NCBI GenBank assembly: GCA_965230395.1
Contig: CBDDKV010000002.1
Span: 365,905 to 429,904 of the forward strand
Origin: Bacteroidales bacterium
GTDB taxonomy: Bacteria; Bacteroidota; Bacteroidia; Bacteroidales; UBA10428
Length of the DNA stretch: 64,000 nt
Direction of reading: 5' to 3'
Shown: piece after piece, positions 10,574 to 21,568 of the stretch
Numbering within the stretch: position 1 is the stretch's first letter
Layout of the letters: each line of letters starts with the position of its first letter
The notes under the pieces: model-generated
Told to the model about the DNA's origin: nothing
What the model saw: the letters and a program-made list of their open reading frames with translations, nothing else
Database searches by the model: none
Made by a program: the position numbers and the translations under genes

Positions 10574-13189
10574 CTAACCACATTTAGAAGAGCCACAGTT
10601 TGTGCAAAGCAGGCACCCTTCCTGATAAATCAGAGAGTCAGAACCACATTCTTTACATTTCGAGCCTTTTTTAACTTTTGTTCCATTTGGGATATAGCGT
10701 TTTAGTGCTCTTTCTACACCATTTCTCCAGGTGTTAATATTATCGCTGTCAAGATGTAGTGATATTACAAGTCGGACAACATCAGCAATTGGCATTCCAT
10801 GACGAAGAACGGAGGAGATAAGTTTGGCATAATTCCAGTACTCTTTATCGAACATATGCGATAGTCCGCCCAAGGTATTTTTATAGCCGTACTTGTCAGT
10901 ATACTGGAAGTCATATCTTGAAACGCCACCCTCGTCCCGGGTTTTTATAATTTTCCCTTTTTTGATTGATTTAGGAATCGGGAACATTTCTTCATCTGCC
11001 AGGCCTGTGAATATTTCGTAAGGCCTGTTGTCTTTTATACCAACAAAAGCAATCCATTTTTCATCGTTATTGTTAAAGCGGATAATTTCTGCCTCAAGCA
11101 CTTTTGGGCGTTTAAAATTTTCTGATGTTTCAGCTTTTGGTTCTTCTTTCTTTTTCGTTTCGGTACCAACTAAAACTCCGGTACGGGAGCCATCCCGATA
11201 TACTGTAACTCCTTTACAACCACTTTTCCATGCCGTAATATAGAGTTCTCCAACAAGTTCTTCTTTTACGTCTTCGGGTAGGTTTATGGTAACACTAATA
11301 GAATGGTCGACCCATTTTTGTACTTCCCCTTGCATCCTTACTTTATTCACCCAGTCAACATCGTTTGAAGTTGCTTTATAATAAGGTGATTTTTTCAGCA
11401 CTTCATTTAATTGCTCATCATCATAGCCCTTAACATCTTCATGGTTATATCCATTCGTTTCCAGCCAGGTGATGAATTTATGGTGAAATACGTTGTATTC
11501 TTCCCATGAATCGCCAACCTCGTCAACAAACGCCACTTTTACACTGTTGTCATTAGGGTTAACTTTCCTTCTTCTTTTATACACAGGAAGGAAAACCGGT
11601 TCGATTCCGGAAGTTGTTTGTGTCATAAGGCTTGTTGTCCCGGTTGGGGCTATGGTCAACAAAGCAATATTTCTGCGGCCGTACTTTATCATTTCCCGGT
11701 AAAGTTCCTCATCTTCTTTTTTAATTCTCAGGATGAAAGGGTTGTTTCTTTCCAGGTGGGTGTCATAAATTCCAAAGGGACCACGTTCTTTCGCCAGGTT
11801 TACGGAAGAGCGGTAAGCTTCCATAGCAATAGTTTTATGAACTTCAACAGAGAAGTCGATTGCATCTTCGCTTCCATATCTTAGTCCAAGTGCGGCAAGC
11901 ATGTCTCCTTCTGCAGTGATGCCAATTCCTGTTCTGCGGCCTTCTTCAGCTTTTAACCGGATGTTTTCCCATAGTTTTTTCTCTACACGCTTAACTTCAA
12001 TCTCTTCAGGATCTTCAGAGATTTTATCAAGAATTGCATCAATCTTTTCCAATTCAAGATCAATGATATCGTCCATAATTCTTTGAGAAGTATGCACATG
12101 TTTCTTGAATAAATCAAAATTAAAACGGGCCTGCGGAGTAAAGGGTTCTTCTACATAACTGTATAAATTAATGGCCAACAGGCGGCAAGAATCATACGGA
12201 CAGAGAGGAATTTCGCCACAGGGGTTTGTGGAAACAGTTTTATACCCAAACTCACTGTAGCAGTCCGGAACAGCCTCGCGGACTATGGTATCCCAGAATA
12301 AGATTCCGGGCTCAGCTGATTTCCACGCATTGTGGACTATTTTATCCCAGATTTTTTTAGCATCTGTTTCTGATGTATATGTCGGGTTGGGTGAATCAAC
12401 AGGGAATTGTTGTTTATAAGGCTTATTATCCAGGACCGATTGCATGAAGTCGTCATCAATTCGAACAGAGACATTGGCCCCAGTAACTTTTCCCGGTGTT
12501 AATTTTGCATCGATGAACTGTTCTGCATCCGGGTGTTTGCTGGATATGCTTAACATTAATGCACCACGTCTTCCATCCTGTGCAACTTCACGTGTTGAGT
12601 TTGAATACCTTTCCATAAAAGGAACCACCCCGGTTGATGTTAATGCACTGTTTAAAACAGGGCTCCCTTTAGGCCTGATATGGGATAAATCGTGCCCAAC
12701 CCCACCGCGGCGTTTCATAAGTTGCACCTGTTCCTGATCAATTTTGAGAATAGCACCATAAGAATCGGAAGGTCCGTCATTGCCAATTACAAAGCAGTTT
12801 GAAAGTGAGGCTATCTGATAATTATTACCAATACCGGTCATCGGCCCCCCCTGAGGGACGATATACTTGAAATCTTTTAAAACAGCATAAATATCTTTTT
12901 CTGAAATAGGGTTTTTATATTTGTTTTCAATACGCGCGATTTCTTTAGCCAGCCTTCTATGCATTTCGTCCGGGTTCTTTTCAAATAGATTTCCAAACGA
13001 ATCTTTTAATGCGTATTTATTTATCCATACTGTTGCGGCTAATTCATCACCTTTAAAATACTCAATAGAGCTTTGCAGTGCTTCTTCGTAAGTGAAGATT
13101 TCTTGAGAGTCCTCTAGGGTTTCTGTTCTCGTTCCCTTAACATTCCTGTCTACTGTCAATTCTTTTGTTTTAATTCCTTCTGAGTGCAT
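10574..13189 (-). CDS. nrdJ: Class II (adenosylcobalamin-dependent) ribonucleotide reductase
   Basis: SLSNCFV, TNPCGEIPL (radical Cys), TIAPTGTTS, KGVTVYRDGSR; C-terminal CKECG..CTNCGSSKCG. Confidence 0.93.
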   Translation of the reverse strand: MHSEGIKTKELTVDRNVKGTRTETLEDSQEIFTYEEALQSSIEYFKGDELAATVWINKYALKDSFGNLFEKNPDEMHRRLAKEIARIENKYKNPISEKDIYAVLKDFKYIVPQGGPMTGIGNNYQIASLSNCFVIGNDGPSDSYGAILKIDQEQVQLMKRRGGVGHDLSHIRPKGSPVLNSALTSTGVVPFMERYSNSTREVAQDGRRGALMLSISSKHPDAEQFIDAKLTPGKVTGANVSVRIDDDFMQSVLDNKPYKQQFPVDSPNPTYTSETDAKKIWDKIVHNAWKSAEPGILFWDTIVREAVPDCYSEFGYKTVSTNPCGEIPLCPYDSCRLLAINLYSYVEEPFTPQARFNFDLFKKHVHTSQRIMDDIIDLELEKIDAILDKISEDPEEIEVKRVEKKLWENIRLKAEEGRRTGIGITAEGDMLAALGLRYGSEDAIDFSVEVHKTIAMEAYRSSVNLAKERGPFGIYDTHLERNNPFILRIKKEDEELYREMIKYGRRNIALLTIAPTGTTSLMTQTTSGIEPVFLPVYKRRRKVNPNDNSVKVAFVDEVGDSWEEYNVFHHKFITWLETNGYNHEDVKGYDDEQLNEVLKKSPYYKATSNDVDWVNKVRMQGEVQKWVDHSISVTINLPEDVKEELVGELYITAWKSGCKGVTVYRDGSRTGVLVGTETKKKEEPKAETSENFKRPKVLEAEIIRFNNNDEKWIAFVGIKDNRPYEIFTGLADEEMFPIPKSIKKGKIIKTRDEGGVSRYDFQYTDKYGYKNTLGGLSHMFDKEYWNYAKLISSVLRHGMPIADVVRLVISLHLDSDNINTWRNGVERALKRYIPNGTKVKKGSKCKECGSDSLIYQEGCLLCTNCGSSKCG

Positions 13190-13567
13190 TCGTTGTTTTC
13201 TTTTAAGGTGCTGGTTATTTGTTAAATAGTTTTAAATGACACATCCCCATGTTTGTTTTGCAAGTTAGTAACAGAAAGCAGTTTTGACAATTAGATTTAA
13301 GTTGTAGTTTTTAACATTTCACAATAGTTATTAACTATTATTTATAACATGCTGGAATGTTGATTTTTAGTTATTTGCAGCCCTTCTTTCACTAAGAAAA
13401 CGACACAATAAATGCAACTTTTTTTGAGGAAAAATTTTCAAATAGATATTAACAATTGCTTTTTCGCACATGTATCAACTGACTATATTTATAAGCAAAA
13501 AGTGAATGATTTTTTCACTTTATTCTGCTTTGTGTAAAAGCATTAAAAACACAACAGGAAGAAAAAT

Positions 13568-13598
13568 TTTGAGGATAAAAAACAATTCTGTATCTTCG
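13568..13598 (+). promoter_or_regulatory. Bacteroidota housekeeping-sigma promoter for tRNA-Leu
   Basis: TTTG (13568-71), 19-nt spacer, TAtcTTcG (13591-98; one mismatch to TAnnTTTG). Confidence 0.65.
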
Positions 13599-13615
13599 CA
13601 CACCAAAATTAAAAA

Positions 13616-13697
13616 GCCCAGGTGGCGGAATTGGTAGACGCGCTGGTCTCAAACACCAGTGACTTCGGTCGTGCCGGTTCGATCCCGGCCCTGGGTA
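13616..13697 (+). tRNA. tRNA-Leu (CAA)
   Basis: GCCCAGG/CCTGGGT acceptor stem, D-loop GGAATTGGTAGAC, anticodon arm CTGGT-CTCAAAC-ACCAG, long variable arm, GGTTCGATCCC T-arm; CCA not encoded. Confidence 0.97.
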
Positions 13698-13699
13698 CG

Positions 13700-13737
13700 A
13701 AAGCAGGATAGAACTTAAGTTTTATCCTGCTTTTTTT
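13700..13737 (+). terminator. Intrinsic terminator after tRNA-Leu
   Basis: aaagcaggatagaac-ttaa-gttttatcctgc followed by a T run. Confidence 0.8.
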
Positions 13738-13930
13738 ATATTTTCCGAATAAAATATAGATTATGAGCGGCTTAGTGATTGTTTCCACCCTTCTCTTTTT
13801 CTCTGTTTGTTAATTATTCTGTCAAAAGTCCTGAAAAATTATGTCAACTCTTTCCTATTTTTTTATATTGTTTGTGAAATTATATGGCATAACAGAATTT
13901 TATTGACGTGAATAAAGGAAGGTATAGTTT

Positions 13931-15301
13931 ATGAGAATTCATTTTATAGCAATAGGAGGGGCGGCAATGCACAATCTGGCATTGGCTCTTCTTAAAAAAG
14001 GATATACAGTAACAGGTTCTGACGATGAAATATTTGAACCATCACGTTCGCGTCTTGAGCAGGCAGGGATATTGCCTGAAGAATATGGATGGTTCCCCGA
14101 AAGGATTTCAAGTGGTATGGATGCTGTAATTCTGGGGATGCATGCTAAAAAGGATAATCCGGAACTTTTGAAAGCCCGGAGTTTAGGCGTAAAAATATAT
14201 TCTTATCCAGAATTTTTATATGAACAAACTAAAGGTAAAACCCGGGTAGTAATTGGTGGCAGTCACGGTAAAACAACAATCACATCAATGGTGATGCATG
14301 TGCTGAAGGAAGCCGGTGTTTCATTCGATTATATGGTGGGTTCGCAGATTGACGGCTTTGAAACCATGGTGGCACTCGAAGAAGAAAACTCAGTTGCAGT
14401 GTTTGAAGGTGATGAATATTTGTCATCGCCAATAGACCGTCGTCCCAAATTCCATTTATATAAACCCCATATTGGATTAATAAACGGAATAGCATGGGAT
14501 CATATTAATGTGTTCCCGACTTATGAAATTTATAAGGAGCAATTCAGAATTTTTATAAACGAAGTTATAGAAGAAGGGGTGCTCCTTTATAATACATCAG
14601 ATCCTGAAACAAAAGATCTGGTAGAGGGCAATCTTCGTGAAGACCTGGAAACGATTGGTTACTCTGCACCGAAATATACATCAGAAGACGGGATCTGCTT
14701 TTTAGTTTTAGGTAATAGTAAAAAAGTGCCCCTTAAGATTTTTGGGGAACACAATTTGCAAAACCTTGCCGGGGCGAAGGAAATTTGCAACAAACTAGGT
14801 GTTGATGATGGAGGTTTCTACACGGCAATATCATCATTTAGAGGGTCGAGAAAGAGAATGCAGGTACTCTTTGAGAGTGAAGATAAAATGGTAATTCTTG
14901 ATTTTGCACATGCGCCGTCGAAAGTGGAAGCTACGGTAAAAGCAGTAAAAGAACAGTATCCGGAACATGAGTTAACAGCCTGCCTGGAACTCCATACGTT
15001 TAGCAGCCTAAATAAGGGTTTTATTGATGGCTATAAGAAAACACTGGACAAAGCAGATAAGGCAGTACTGTTTTATAATCCGGATGTGGTAAAGCAAAAG
15101 CGGCTTCCGGAGATAAATGAAGAGGAGATAATAAAAGCGTTCGACAGGGAAGATTTAAAAGTTGTTACCTCAACAACAGGATTGATTGACCTATTAAAGA
15201 AAGACAGTAACAAAGAGGGCAGGAAAACATGTTTATTTATGAGTTCAGGAAATTTTGGAGGGCTTGCAGCTAAAGAGATGGTAAATTTATCGTTAGGATA
15301 A
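13931..15301 (+). CDS. mpl: Mur ligase, Mpl-type (murein tripeptide recycling ligase)
   Basis: IHFIAIGGAAMHNLA, GSHGKTTIT, EGDEY, WDHINVF and DFAHAP motifs. Confidence 0.8.
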   Translation: MRIHFIAIGGAAMHNLALALLKKGYTVTGSDDEIFEPSRSRLEQAGILPEEYGWFPERISSGMDAVILGMHAKKDNPELLKARSLGVKIYSYPEFLYEQTKGKTRVVIGGSHGKTTITSMVMHVLKEAGVSFDYMVGSQIDGFETMVALEEENSVAVFEGDEYLSSPIDRRPKFHLYKPHIGLINGIAWDHINVFPTYEIYKEQFRIFINEVIEEGVLLYNTSDPETKDLVEGNLREDLETIGYSAPKYTSEDGICFLVLGNSKKVPLKIFGEHNLQNLAGAKEICNKLGVDDGGFYTAISSFRGSRKRMQVLFESEDKMVILDFAHAPSKVEATVKAVKEQYPEHELTACLELHTFSSLNKGFIDGYKKTLDKADKAVLFYNPDVVKQKRLPEINEEEIIKAFDREDLKVVTSTTGLIDLLKKDSNKEGRKTCLFMSSGNFGGLAAKEMVNLSLG

Positions 15302-15384
15302 GTTTTTCTAAGTTCTTAAAAACAAAGAATTTTAGATGGCCTCAGAAAAAAAATCGCTTTGAGGTCAAAATTATTCGATGAAAA

Positions 15385-15415
15385 TTTGCAACAATAAAAA
15401 AAAACATTACCTTTG
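15385..15415 (+). promoter_or_regulatory. Promoter of tRNA-Glu copy 1
   Basis: TTTG (15385-88), 19-nt spacer, TAccTTTG (15408-15): canonical Bacteroidota consensus. Confidence 0.8.
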
Positions 15416-15445
15416 CACACCGATTTCAAATGTGAAATTAAAGAT

Positions 15446-15517
15446 GGTCCGTTCGTCTAGGGGTTAGGACGCCAGGTTTTCATCCTGGTAACAGGGGTTC
15501 GATTCCCCTACGGACTA
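15446..15517 (+). tRNA. tRNA-Glu (TTC), copy 1
   Basis: GGTCCGT/ACGGACT acceptor stem, anticodon arm CCAGG-TTTTCAT-CCTGG, T-arm AGGGG-TTCGATT-CCCCT. Confidence 0.97.
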
Positions 15518-15519
15518 CA

Positions 15520-15548
15520 AAGCCGCTTCAATATGGAGTGGCTTTTTT
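15520..15548 (+). terminator. Terminator after tRNA-Glu copy 1
   Basis: aagccgcttc-aatat-ggagtggctttttt. Confidence 0.75.
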
Positions 15549-15602
15549 AATAAGCAAATAGTTGGCCGACTAAAAAAAATATTTTTTTTTAAAGAGCTAT
15601 AG

Positions 15603-15630
15603 TTGAATATTAAAAAAACTATTATTTTTG
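15603..15630 (+). promoter_or_regulatory. Promoter of tRNA-Glu copy 2
   Basis: TAttTTTG at 15623-30, followed by the same cacaccgattt leader as copy 1. Confidence 0.7.
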
Positions 15631-15660
15631 CACACCGATTTCGGATATGAAATCAAAGAT

Positions 15661-15732
15661 GGTCCGTTCGTCTAGGGGTTAGGACGCCAGGTTTTCATCC
15701 TGGTAACAGGGGTTCGATTCCCCTACGGACTA
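15661..15732 (+). tRNA. tRNA-Glu (TTC), copy 2
   Basis: Identical 72-nt sequence to copy 1. Confidence 0.97.
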
Positions 15733-15734
15733 CG

Positions 15735-15764
15735 AAGCTGCTTCTATACGGAGTGGCTTTTTTT
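15735..15764 (+). terminator. Terminator after tRNA-Glu copy 2
   Basis: aagctgcttc-tatac-ggagtggcttttttt. Confidence 0.75.
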
Positions 15765-16134
15765 ATAGTAAACCTGTGTTCCAGAAACAATCTTAAATTT
15801 TGCCTTTATGCTTCTGCTTAGTAACCATCATAAACTAATAAAACGCTGATATTTCATTATTAAACGAATAAGTTTATCATTTAAAAAATTATTGTTTTTT
15901 TAGCGGAAAAAATGTCCGGCATAATAAAAACCCATATTCGAGGTTTTTATTAATTGTTTAGAAGGAGAGGTTTTCTACCGGCTATTCGATTAAGGGTTTC
16001 AATAAAATACACAAAAACCCTGGTAGTTCCGGATAATTATAAATGTTTATTAATTTACAAATACAATTCCGGAAAGGTCTTTGTGTTTTATACCTGGAAG
16101 GTTGTGTGCCGGGTATTTGGTAAATAACAGATAG

Positions 16135-19100
16135 ATGAAAAACAAAAGCCAAAAGAGACCGGATATGAAGAGGTATGTCCGGAATGTTAAAAATATCACG
16201 GTTGTTTTATTACTTCTATTATTTGCTTCTGCTAAAGCCCAGAAAGCGGGGGAAATCATCCGTTTTAGGAGTGTAACAGATATAGAGGGGCTTCATGGGG
16301 AGGTTATTGTGGCAATCCATAAAGATTCTCGTGGATTTATGTGGTTTGGGACAAATAACGGGTTAAATCGTTATGATGGCTATACAGTAAAGGTATACCA
16401 GCATGAATCCGGAAACCCCAATAGTATTCCTTCCGGACGCATAATAGACATTATTGAAGATGCTCAAGGGATTCTTTGGTTAGCTTCAACAAAGGGACTG
16501 GTCAGGTTTGATACTTCTAAAGAAACCTTCAGGCTTTTTTCTCCGGATCCCGATGATCTGTCAAATACGGTTAACTGGGCGTATAAAGTGTTAATTTCTA
16601 ATAATGGAATGTTTTGGCTGGCAACGCTTAATGGGCTGCATTTGTTTAATCCGGAAACACTGGTATTTGAAAAACACTTTTTTAGTGAAGAAGAGGGGAC
16701 GAATGATTTTCGGAGGAACCGTATCCGTAATATGTCTTTAGGGAGGTCAGGGCTACTTTGGCTTTGTACGAGTAGGGGATTGATAAAATTTAATCCTCAA
16801 ACATATGAATTTAAGCGTTTTAGGCTGAAGCAGGTAGGGAGCCTGAATTCTGCTGTTGAAGATGAAAACGGCGTAGTATGGCTGGCTTCAATTACAGAGG
16901 GTATGATGAGGTTCGAGCCGAAAACCGGAAAACTCAAAAGGTACCGGAAGACTCCCGGAAGTAACAATAGTATCAGCGATAATACTGTCAGGGTACTAAA
17001 GATGGATTCTTCGGGTAAAATATGGCTTGGTGTCGGTCGCTTTAACCTGGACTGTTTTGATCCGTTAACAGAAAAATTTAAACACTACGCCTATAGCCCA
17101 TATAACTCTGAAGGAATAGGGATACCTCCAATACATGTCATTTACGAAGATAATGAAGGGTTGCTTTGGGTGGGGACATCAAATGGGGTAGTGAGTGTAT
17201 TTGATTTAACACCTGCCGGGTTTGAAACGTACAGAAACAACCCGGAAGACCCGAATAGCCTTCGGTTTAATAATGTGTCCAGTTTGTATGTGGATAGTCG
17301 GGATAAGTTATGGGTTGGCACTGATAAAAACATGTTGGAGGTCTTTGATTACCAGAAAAAAATATGGAAGAATTTTCCGACAGAAAATGAGGATCCCGAA
17401 GGAATACGGGGTTCTGGTATTTATGGAATTGATGAGGATAATGATGGGAATATCTGGATAGCAACCTGGGGACGGTTATATTGTTATAACAGCACAACGG
17501 GAAAGTTTAAAGCATATCATAAGAACTTGTACAAAAGCCTTAACAGTAACAATATGACAGCTTTATTGGTGGATAGTTCTGGTTTGGTTTGGTTTGGTGC
17601 TTACGGAGATGGATTATACTGTCTTGATCCTAAAACAGACGTTTTTAAAAACTACCTTCACGATCCTAAAAATCCTAAAAGTATTAGCAATAACATAATT
17701 AATTCGATTATAGAAGACAACCCTCGTTATCTTTGGGTCGCAACTCTTGGAGGGGGATTAAACCGCTTTGACAGGGAGACAGAAACTTTTGAATCTTTCC
17801 AGCCGGTACCTGAAGACAACAGTAGTATTAGTGATTTAGGGACCAATTGTCTTTTGAAAGATTCTAACGGAGAATTATGGATAGGCACCCAGGCCGGATT
17901 AGACAGGTTTATCAGGGAAACAGAGAGTTTTGAACATTATAGTATGAAGGATGGGATGCCTGGAAATAATATTTCAAGTTGCATTGAAGATAATAACGGA
18001 AATCTGTGGATCGGAACATCTAACGGAATATCAAAATTAGATGTCCGGACAGGAAGATTTAAAAATTATAAGGTATCGCATGGGTTACAGGGACATTTAT
18101 TCCGAAAAAATTCTGTTACTAAGAGTAAAGATGGCACACTCTTTTTTGGCGGGACAAATGGAATTACGATTTTTCATCCGGATAGCATAAAAGAAAATCC
18201 ATATGTTCCACCAATTCTTATTACCGGCTTTAATCTTTTCAACAAACCCGTAGATGTTGGGGAGAATTCACCTCTTAAGACAACAATATGGGAAACACAG
18301 GAAATTACGTTAACACACAAGCAAAAGGTATTTTCATTTGAATTTACAGCATTGAGTTATACTACTCCGGAGAATAATCAATACAAATACAAATTGGAGG
18401 GCTTTGATAAGGAATGGAATGAGGTTGACAGTAAACAAAGACTGGCGACCTACACTAGCCTTCCTCCTGGAGAGTATATATTTCGTGTTAAAGGGACGAA
18501 TAATGATGGGATTTGGAATGAGCAGGGAGTTTCAATAAAGGTAAATATTTTGCCGCCATGGTGGAAGACGATTTGGTTTAGGGGCATAATGGCGTTGTTG
18601 GCCCTGGCGTTAATAATACTTTTATTCAGGACCAGGGTTAAAAATATCCGGCGTTACAGTAAAACGCTGGAAGTTAAAGTGGCCTACAGGACCCGGCAGA
18701 TTCAAGTTGCAAAAGAGAAGGCAGAAGCAGCCAATCTGGCAAAAAGTACATTTCTCGCGAATATGAGCCATGAACTTAGAACACCATTAAATACGATACT
18801 GGGTTACTCGGAACTCATGCAAAGAAATAAAACGTTAACGCCAAAATTAAAAAGGAACCTTGGAATAATAAACCGGAGTGGAGAGCACCTGTTATCTATG
18901 ATAAATGAAGTCCTCGAAATATCTAAAATTGAAGCGAATCAGGTGAAATTAAGACTTAAGCAACTTAATTTTTACGAGTTGATTAGAGATATGGACGCCA
19001 TGTTCAGAAGCAGGATTGAAGCCCGGGGGGTAGATTTCAGTGTGGAAATACAAAAGGGTGTTCCTCAGGTAGTTATTTCGGATGAAACGAAAATTCGCCA

Positions 19101-20121
19101 GATCATTATGAATTTGTTAAGCAATGCATCTAAATTTACACCAGAAGGAAGTATTGGGTTAACAGTCAGGGTGCTAGAAAGGAATGGGGAAATAGCCCGT
19201 TTGGCTGTAGAAGTAAAAGATACAGGTTTAGGAATTTCTAAAGAAGAACAGTCGAAGGTATTCAACTATTTTGAACAGTCTGAAAGTGGAAAAAATACGA
19301 AAGAAGGAACGGGACTGGGATTGTCAATAAGCCGGGAATATGCAAGAATGATGGGAGGGGACATTTTATTGAACAGTGAAAAGGGCGTGGGAAGTACGTT
19401 TAGTTCAGAAATAGTCCTTAATGTAGAGCAAGGTGAAGAGAAAGAGGACGTTATAGATAAAGGAAAGGTTATTGGTATTCAACCCGGGCATGATAGTTCC
19501 CGAATTTTAGTTGTTGAAGACGATACGGAAAGCCGTAACCTGCTTGTTGAACTTTTAACTGTTGTGGGCTTTAATGTGAAAGAAGCGCAAGACGGAGAAG
19601 AAGCGTTGAAGATTTTTAAAATATGGAAGCCGGATTTTATCTGGATGGATATTCGGATGCCAAAGATAGATGGAACGGAAGCATCCAGGTTACTCCGTAA
19701 ATACCAGTCCGATAAGCCTGTTTATATAGCAGCGCTTACAGCCCATGCCCTGGAGGATGAAAAGGAAAAAATACTGAAGGCAGGTGTAGATGCATTTGTT
19801 CGAAAGCCATTTAGGGAAAGGGAAATCTTTGAGGTTATGGGAAAATACTTAAACATAGATTACATTTACGAAACAAAAGAACAAGAGTTTGAGCCCCGGG
19901 AAAAGGAGGAGGGGACCGAGTTAATCAGAAGGTTACCGGAATTTTTGCAAAAAAAATTACACAAGGCTATTATTGAATATGATACGATAGCCATAAAATC
20001 AATGATAGCACAGGTTAAACAAATAGAGCCGTTGTTGGCAAAAGTTTTTGAAGAATATCTAAAGAAGCTGAATTATCAGGGTTTAAGGAAATTAATAGAA
20101 TCCTGGGAGGAAAAATCTTAA
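16135..20121 (+). CDS. Hybrid sensor kinase: beta-propeller (Reg_prop) + Y_Y_Y + TM + HisKA + HATPase + REC, no AraC domain
   Basis: Repeated 'EDxxGxLWxGT' blades, [24 protein letters not shown]-box [23 protein letters not shown] '[13 protein letters not shown]'. Real start may be 16165. Confidence 0.92.
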   Translation: MKNKSQKRPDMKRYVRNVKNITVVLLLLLFASAKAQKAGEIIRFRSVTDIEGLHGEVIVAIHKDSRGFMWFGTNNGLNRYDGYTVKVYQHESGNPNSIPSGRIIDIIEDAQGILWLASTKGLVRFDTSKETFRLFSPDPDDLSNTVNWAYKVLISNNGMFWLATLNGLHLFNPETLVFEKHFFSEEEGTNDFRRNRIRNMSLGRSGLLWLCTSRGLIKFNPQTYEFKRFRLKQVGSLNSAVEDENGVVWLASITEGMMRFEPKTGKLKRYRKTPGSNNSISDNTVRVLKMDSSGKIWLGVGRFNLDCFDPLTEKFKHYAYSPYNSEGIGIPPIHVIYEDNEGLLWVGTSNGVVSVFDLTPAGFETYRNNPEDPNSLRFNNVSSLYVDSRDKLWVGTDKNMLEVFDYQKKIWKNFPTENEDPEGIRGSGIYGIDEDNDGNIWIATWGRLYCYNSTTGKFKAYHKNLYKSLNSNNMTALLVDSSGLVWFGAYGDGLYCLDPKTDVFKNYLHDPKNPKSISNNIINSIIEDNPRYLWVATLGGGLNRFDRETETFESFQPVPEDNSSISDLGTNCLLKDSNGELWIGTQAGLDRFIRETESFEHYSMKDGMPGNNISSCIEDNNGNLWIGTSNGISKLDVRTGRFKNYKVSHGLQGHLFRKNSVTKSKDGTLFFGGTNGITIFHPDSIKENPYVPPILITGFNLFNKPVDVGENSPLKTTIWETQEITLTHKQKVFSFEFTALSYTTPENNQYKYKLEGFDKEWNEVDSKQRLATYTSLPPGEYIFRVKGTNNDGIWNEQGVSIKVNILPPWWKTIWFRGIMALLALALIILLFRTRVKNIRRYSKTLEVKVAYRTRQIQVAKEKAEAANLAKSTFLANMSHELRTPLNTILGYSELMQRNKTLTPKLKRNLGIINRSGEHLLSMINEVLEISKIEANQVKLRLKQLNFYELIRDMDAMFRSRIEARGVDFSVEIQKGVPQVVISDETKIRQIIMNLLSNASKFTPEGSIGLTVRVLERNGEIARLAVEVKDTGLGISKEEQSKVFNYFEQSESGKNTKEGTGLGLSISREYARMMGGDILLNSEKGVGSTFSSEIVLNVEQGEEKEDVIDKGKVIGIQPGHDSSRILVVEDDTESRNLLVELLTVVGFNVKEAQDGEEALKIFKIWKPDFIWMDIRMPKIDGTEASRLLRKYQSDKPVYIAALTAHALEDEKEKILKAGVDAFVRKPFREREIFEVMGKYLNIDYIYETKEQEFEPREKEEGTELIRRLPEFLQKKLHKAIIEYDTIAIKSMIAQVKQIEPLLAKVFEEYLKKLNYQGLRKLIESWEEKS

Positions 20122-20538
20122 TAGAGGAATTACAAGGAAAAGAAACAAATGGATTAACTCCGGGTAGCTTTTCGAAAAATTTCATACAGGATTAATGAAA
20201 CTGCGGTTCGAAGGAAAGTAGCAGGCAATTTATAACAAACACAAAATTGTTACTTCAGTTGGTGGCAATGTTACAGATTTTCAGCCACAAGAGGTAAATG
20301 GAATTGGGAAATCCTTGATAATTCTTTTAAATCTCCATATATTCAGTATACAATTACATGCGAGAATGAAGAGCAGAAAATAATTAAGCTTCTTTAATAG
20401 TCCCTTCCTCTTATTAATTAAGTTTAATACTTATTTATGGGAATAAATAGCAGAAGAAGGAAACGGTTACTCTTATTTTAATATTATGGCAGAGCATTCA
20501 TGTAAAGCATAAAATAAACAGTAAGAGAGGAGTATAAA

Positions 20539-21549
20539 GTGATGAGAATAGAATGTATTGTAAGGGTAATAGTGCTGATTTTCATTATTGAAAATATGGG
20601 TGAGGGAGTGGCATTTGCACAAAAAGAAATCCATATTCTTACCGGAGAATTTGCCCCATATAATTTTCGGGGAAATGGTGAAATTAAAGGGATTACTACT
20701 GAAATAGTCAAAGAGGTAATGCTTCGTATGGGGTATACTCCTATAATAGAAATGTATCCTTATAACAGGGGGGGTAAAATGATATTGGCCGGTAAAGCCG
20801 AGGCCTGTTTTTCATTAATTCCGACTAAAGAACGATTAGAAATAATGTATTATCCAACTCCAATTTCAACTGTTGAATTCGTTTTTTTTAAAAGAAAGGA
20901 GGACAGTATCTCCTGGCAAACAATGACAGACATTCGGAATTATAAAGTTGGGATAATAGAAGGGCATACATACCCTGATGTTTTTGTTAAAGCGGTAAAA
21001 GATAAGGAAGTCGAAGTGGATTCCATTATTCATGGGGAAAGTTCAGATTTACAGCAACTACGGAAACTGAAATCAGGCAGGACAGATCTTGCGCTTACGG
21101 ATATAAGTCATGGAACATACCTGATAAAAAAATATGCTCCGGAATTTGACAATATTGATTTCATTGATAATAGGGTAGGTCCGCTTCTATCTTTTCATGT
21201 CGGAATTGTAAAGGACAGAGTTAATTCTAAAAAACTTTTCAAGCTGTTTAATACAGAGCTCATGAATTTCTTTATGGATGGTAAACATAAAGAGATTTAT
21301 AGTAAATATGGTGTAAACACTTTTATAAATATAAAGAGTGAAAACCGGGAAGTCACTGAGCAGTGCACCAACTGGGAGATTGAAGACAATACCTTCGGAA
21401 ACCCCTTTATTCATTACACAGTTAGCTGTAGTGACGGGGTAACGCATAGAATCGATTTTAATATGTATACACTGGAGTATACAACCAGTGACGGAAATAC
21501 CTTCTCATATTTTAACAATGCAGCAGATCACGCATGTAGCAAAGAATAA
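20539..21549 (+). CDS. Family-3 (amino-acid-type) solute-binding protein with extra C-terminal module
   Basis: Signal-like N-terminus, 'TGEFAPYNF..GEIKGITTEIV..V..RMG', 'LKSGRTDL'. About 60 extra C-terminal residues ending AADHAC. Confidence 0.75.
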   Translation: MMRIECIVRVIVLIFIIENMGEGVAFAQKEIHILTGEFAPYNFRGNGEIKGITTEIVKEVMLRMGYTPIIEMYPYNRGGKMILAGKAEACFSLIPTKERLEIMYYPTPISTVEFVFFKRKEDSISWQTMTDIRNYKVGIIEGHTYPDVFVKAVKDKEVEVDSIIHGESSDLQQLRKLKSGRTDLALTDISHGTYLIKKYAPEFDNIDFIDNRVGPLLSFHVGIVKDRVNSKKLFKLFNTELMNFFMDGKHKEIYSKYGVNTFINIKSENREVTEQCTNWEIEDNTFGNPFIHYTVSCSDGVTHRIDFNMYTLEYTTSDGNTFSYFNNAADHACSKE

Positions 21550-21568
21550 TCGTAGGACCTGAAACCAA

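Noticed and set aside
10574-13189. Intein or intron in nrdJ
   Set aside because: Length and motif spacing are normal; no C/S...HN splice junctions or LAGLIDADG motif seen.
13190-13600. Cobalamin riboswitch upstream of nrdJ
   Set aside because: No B12-box or GGGAA core elements visible; the region is very AT-rich.
15385-15764. Direct repeat as a CRISPR array
   Set aside because: Only two copies, each a complete tRNA cloverleaf; no cas genes.
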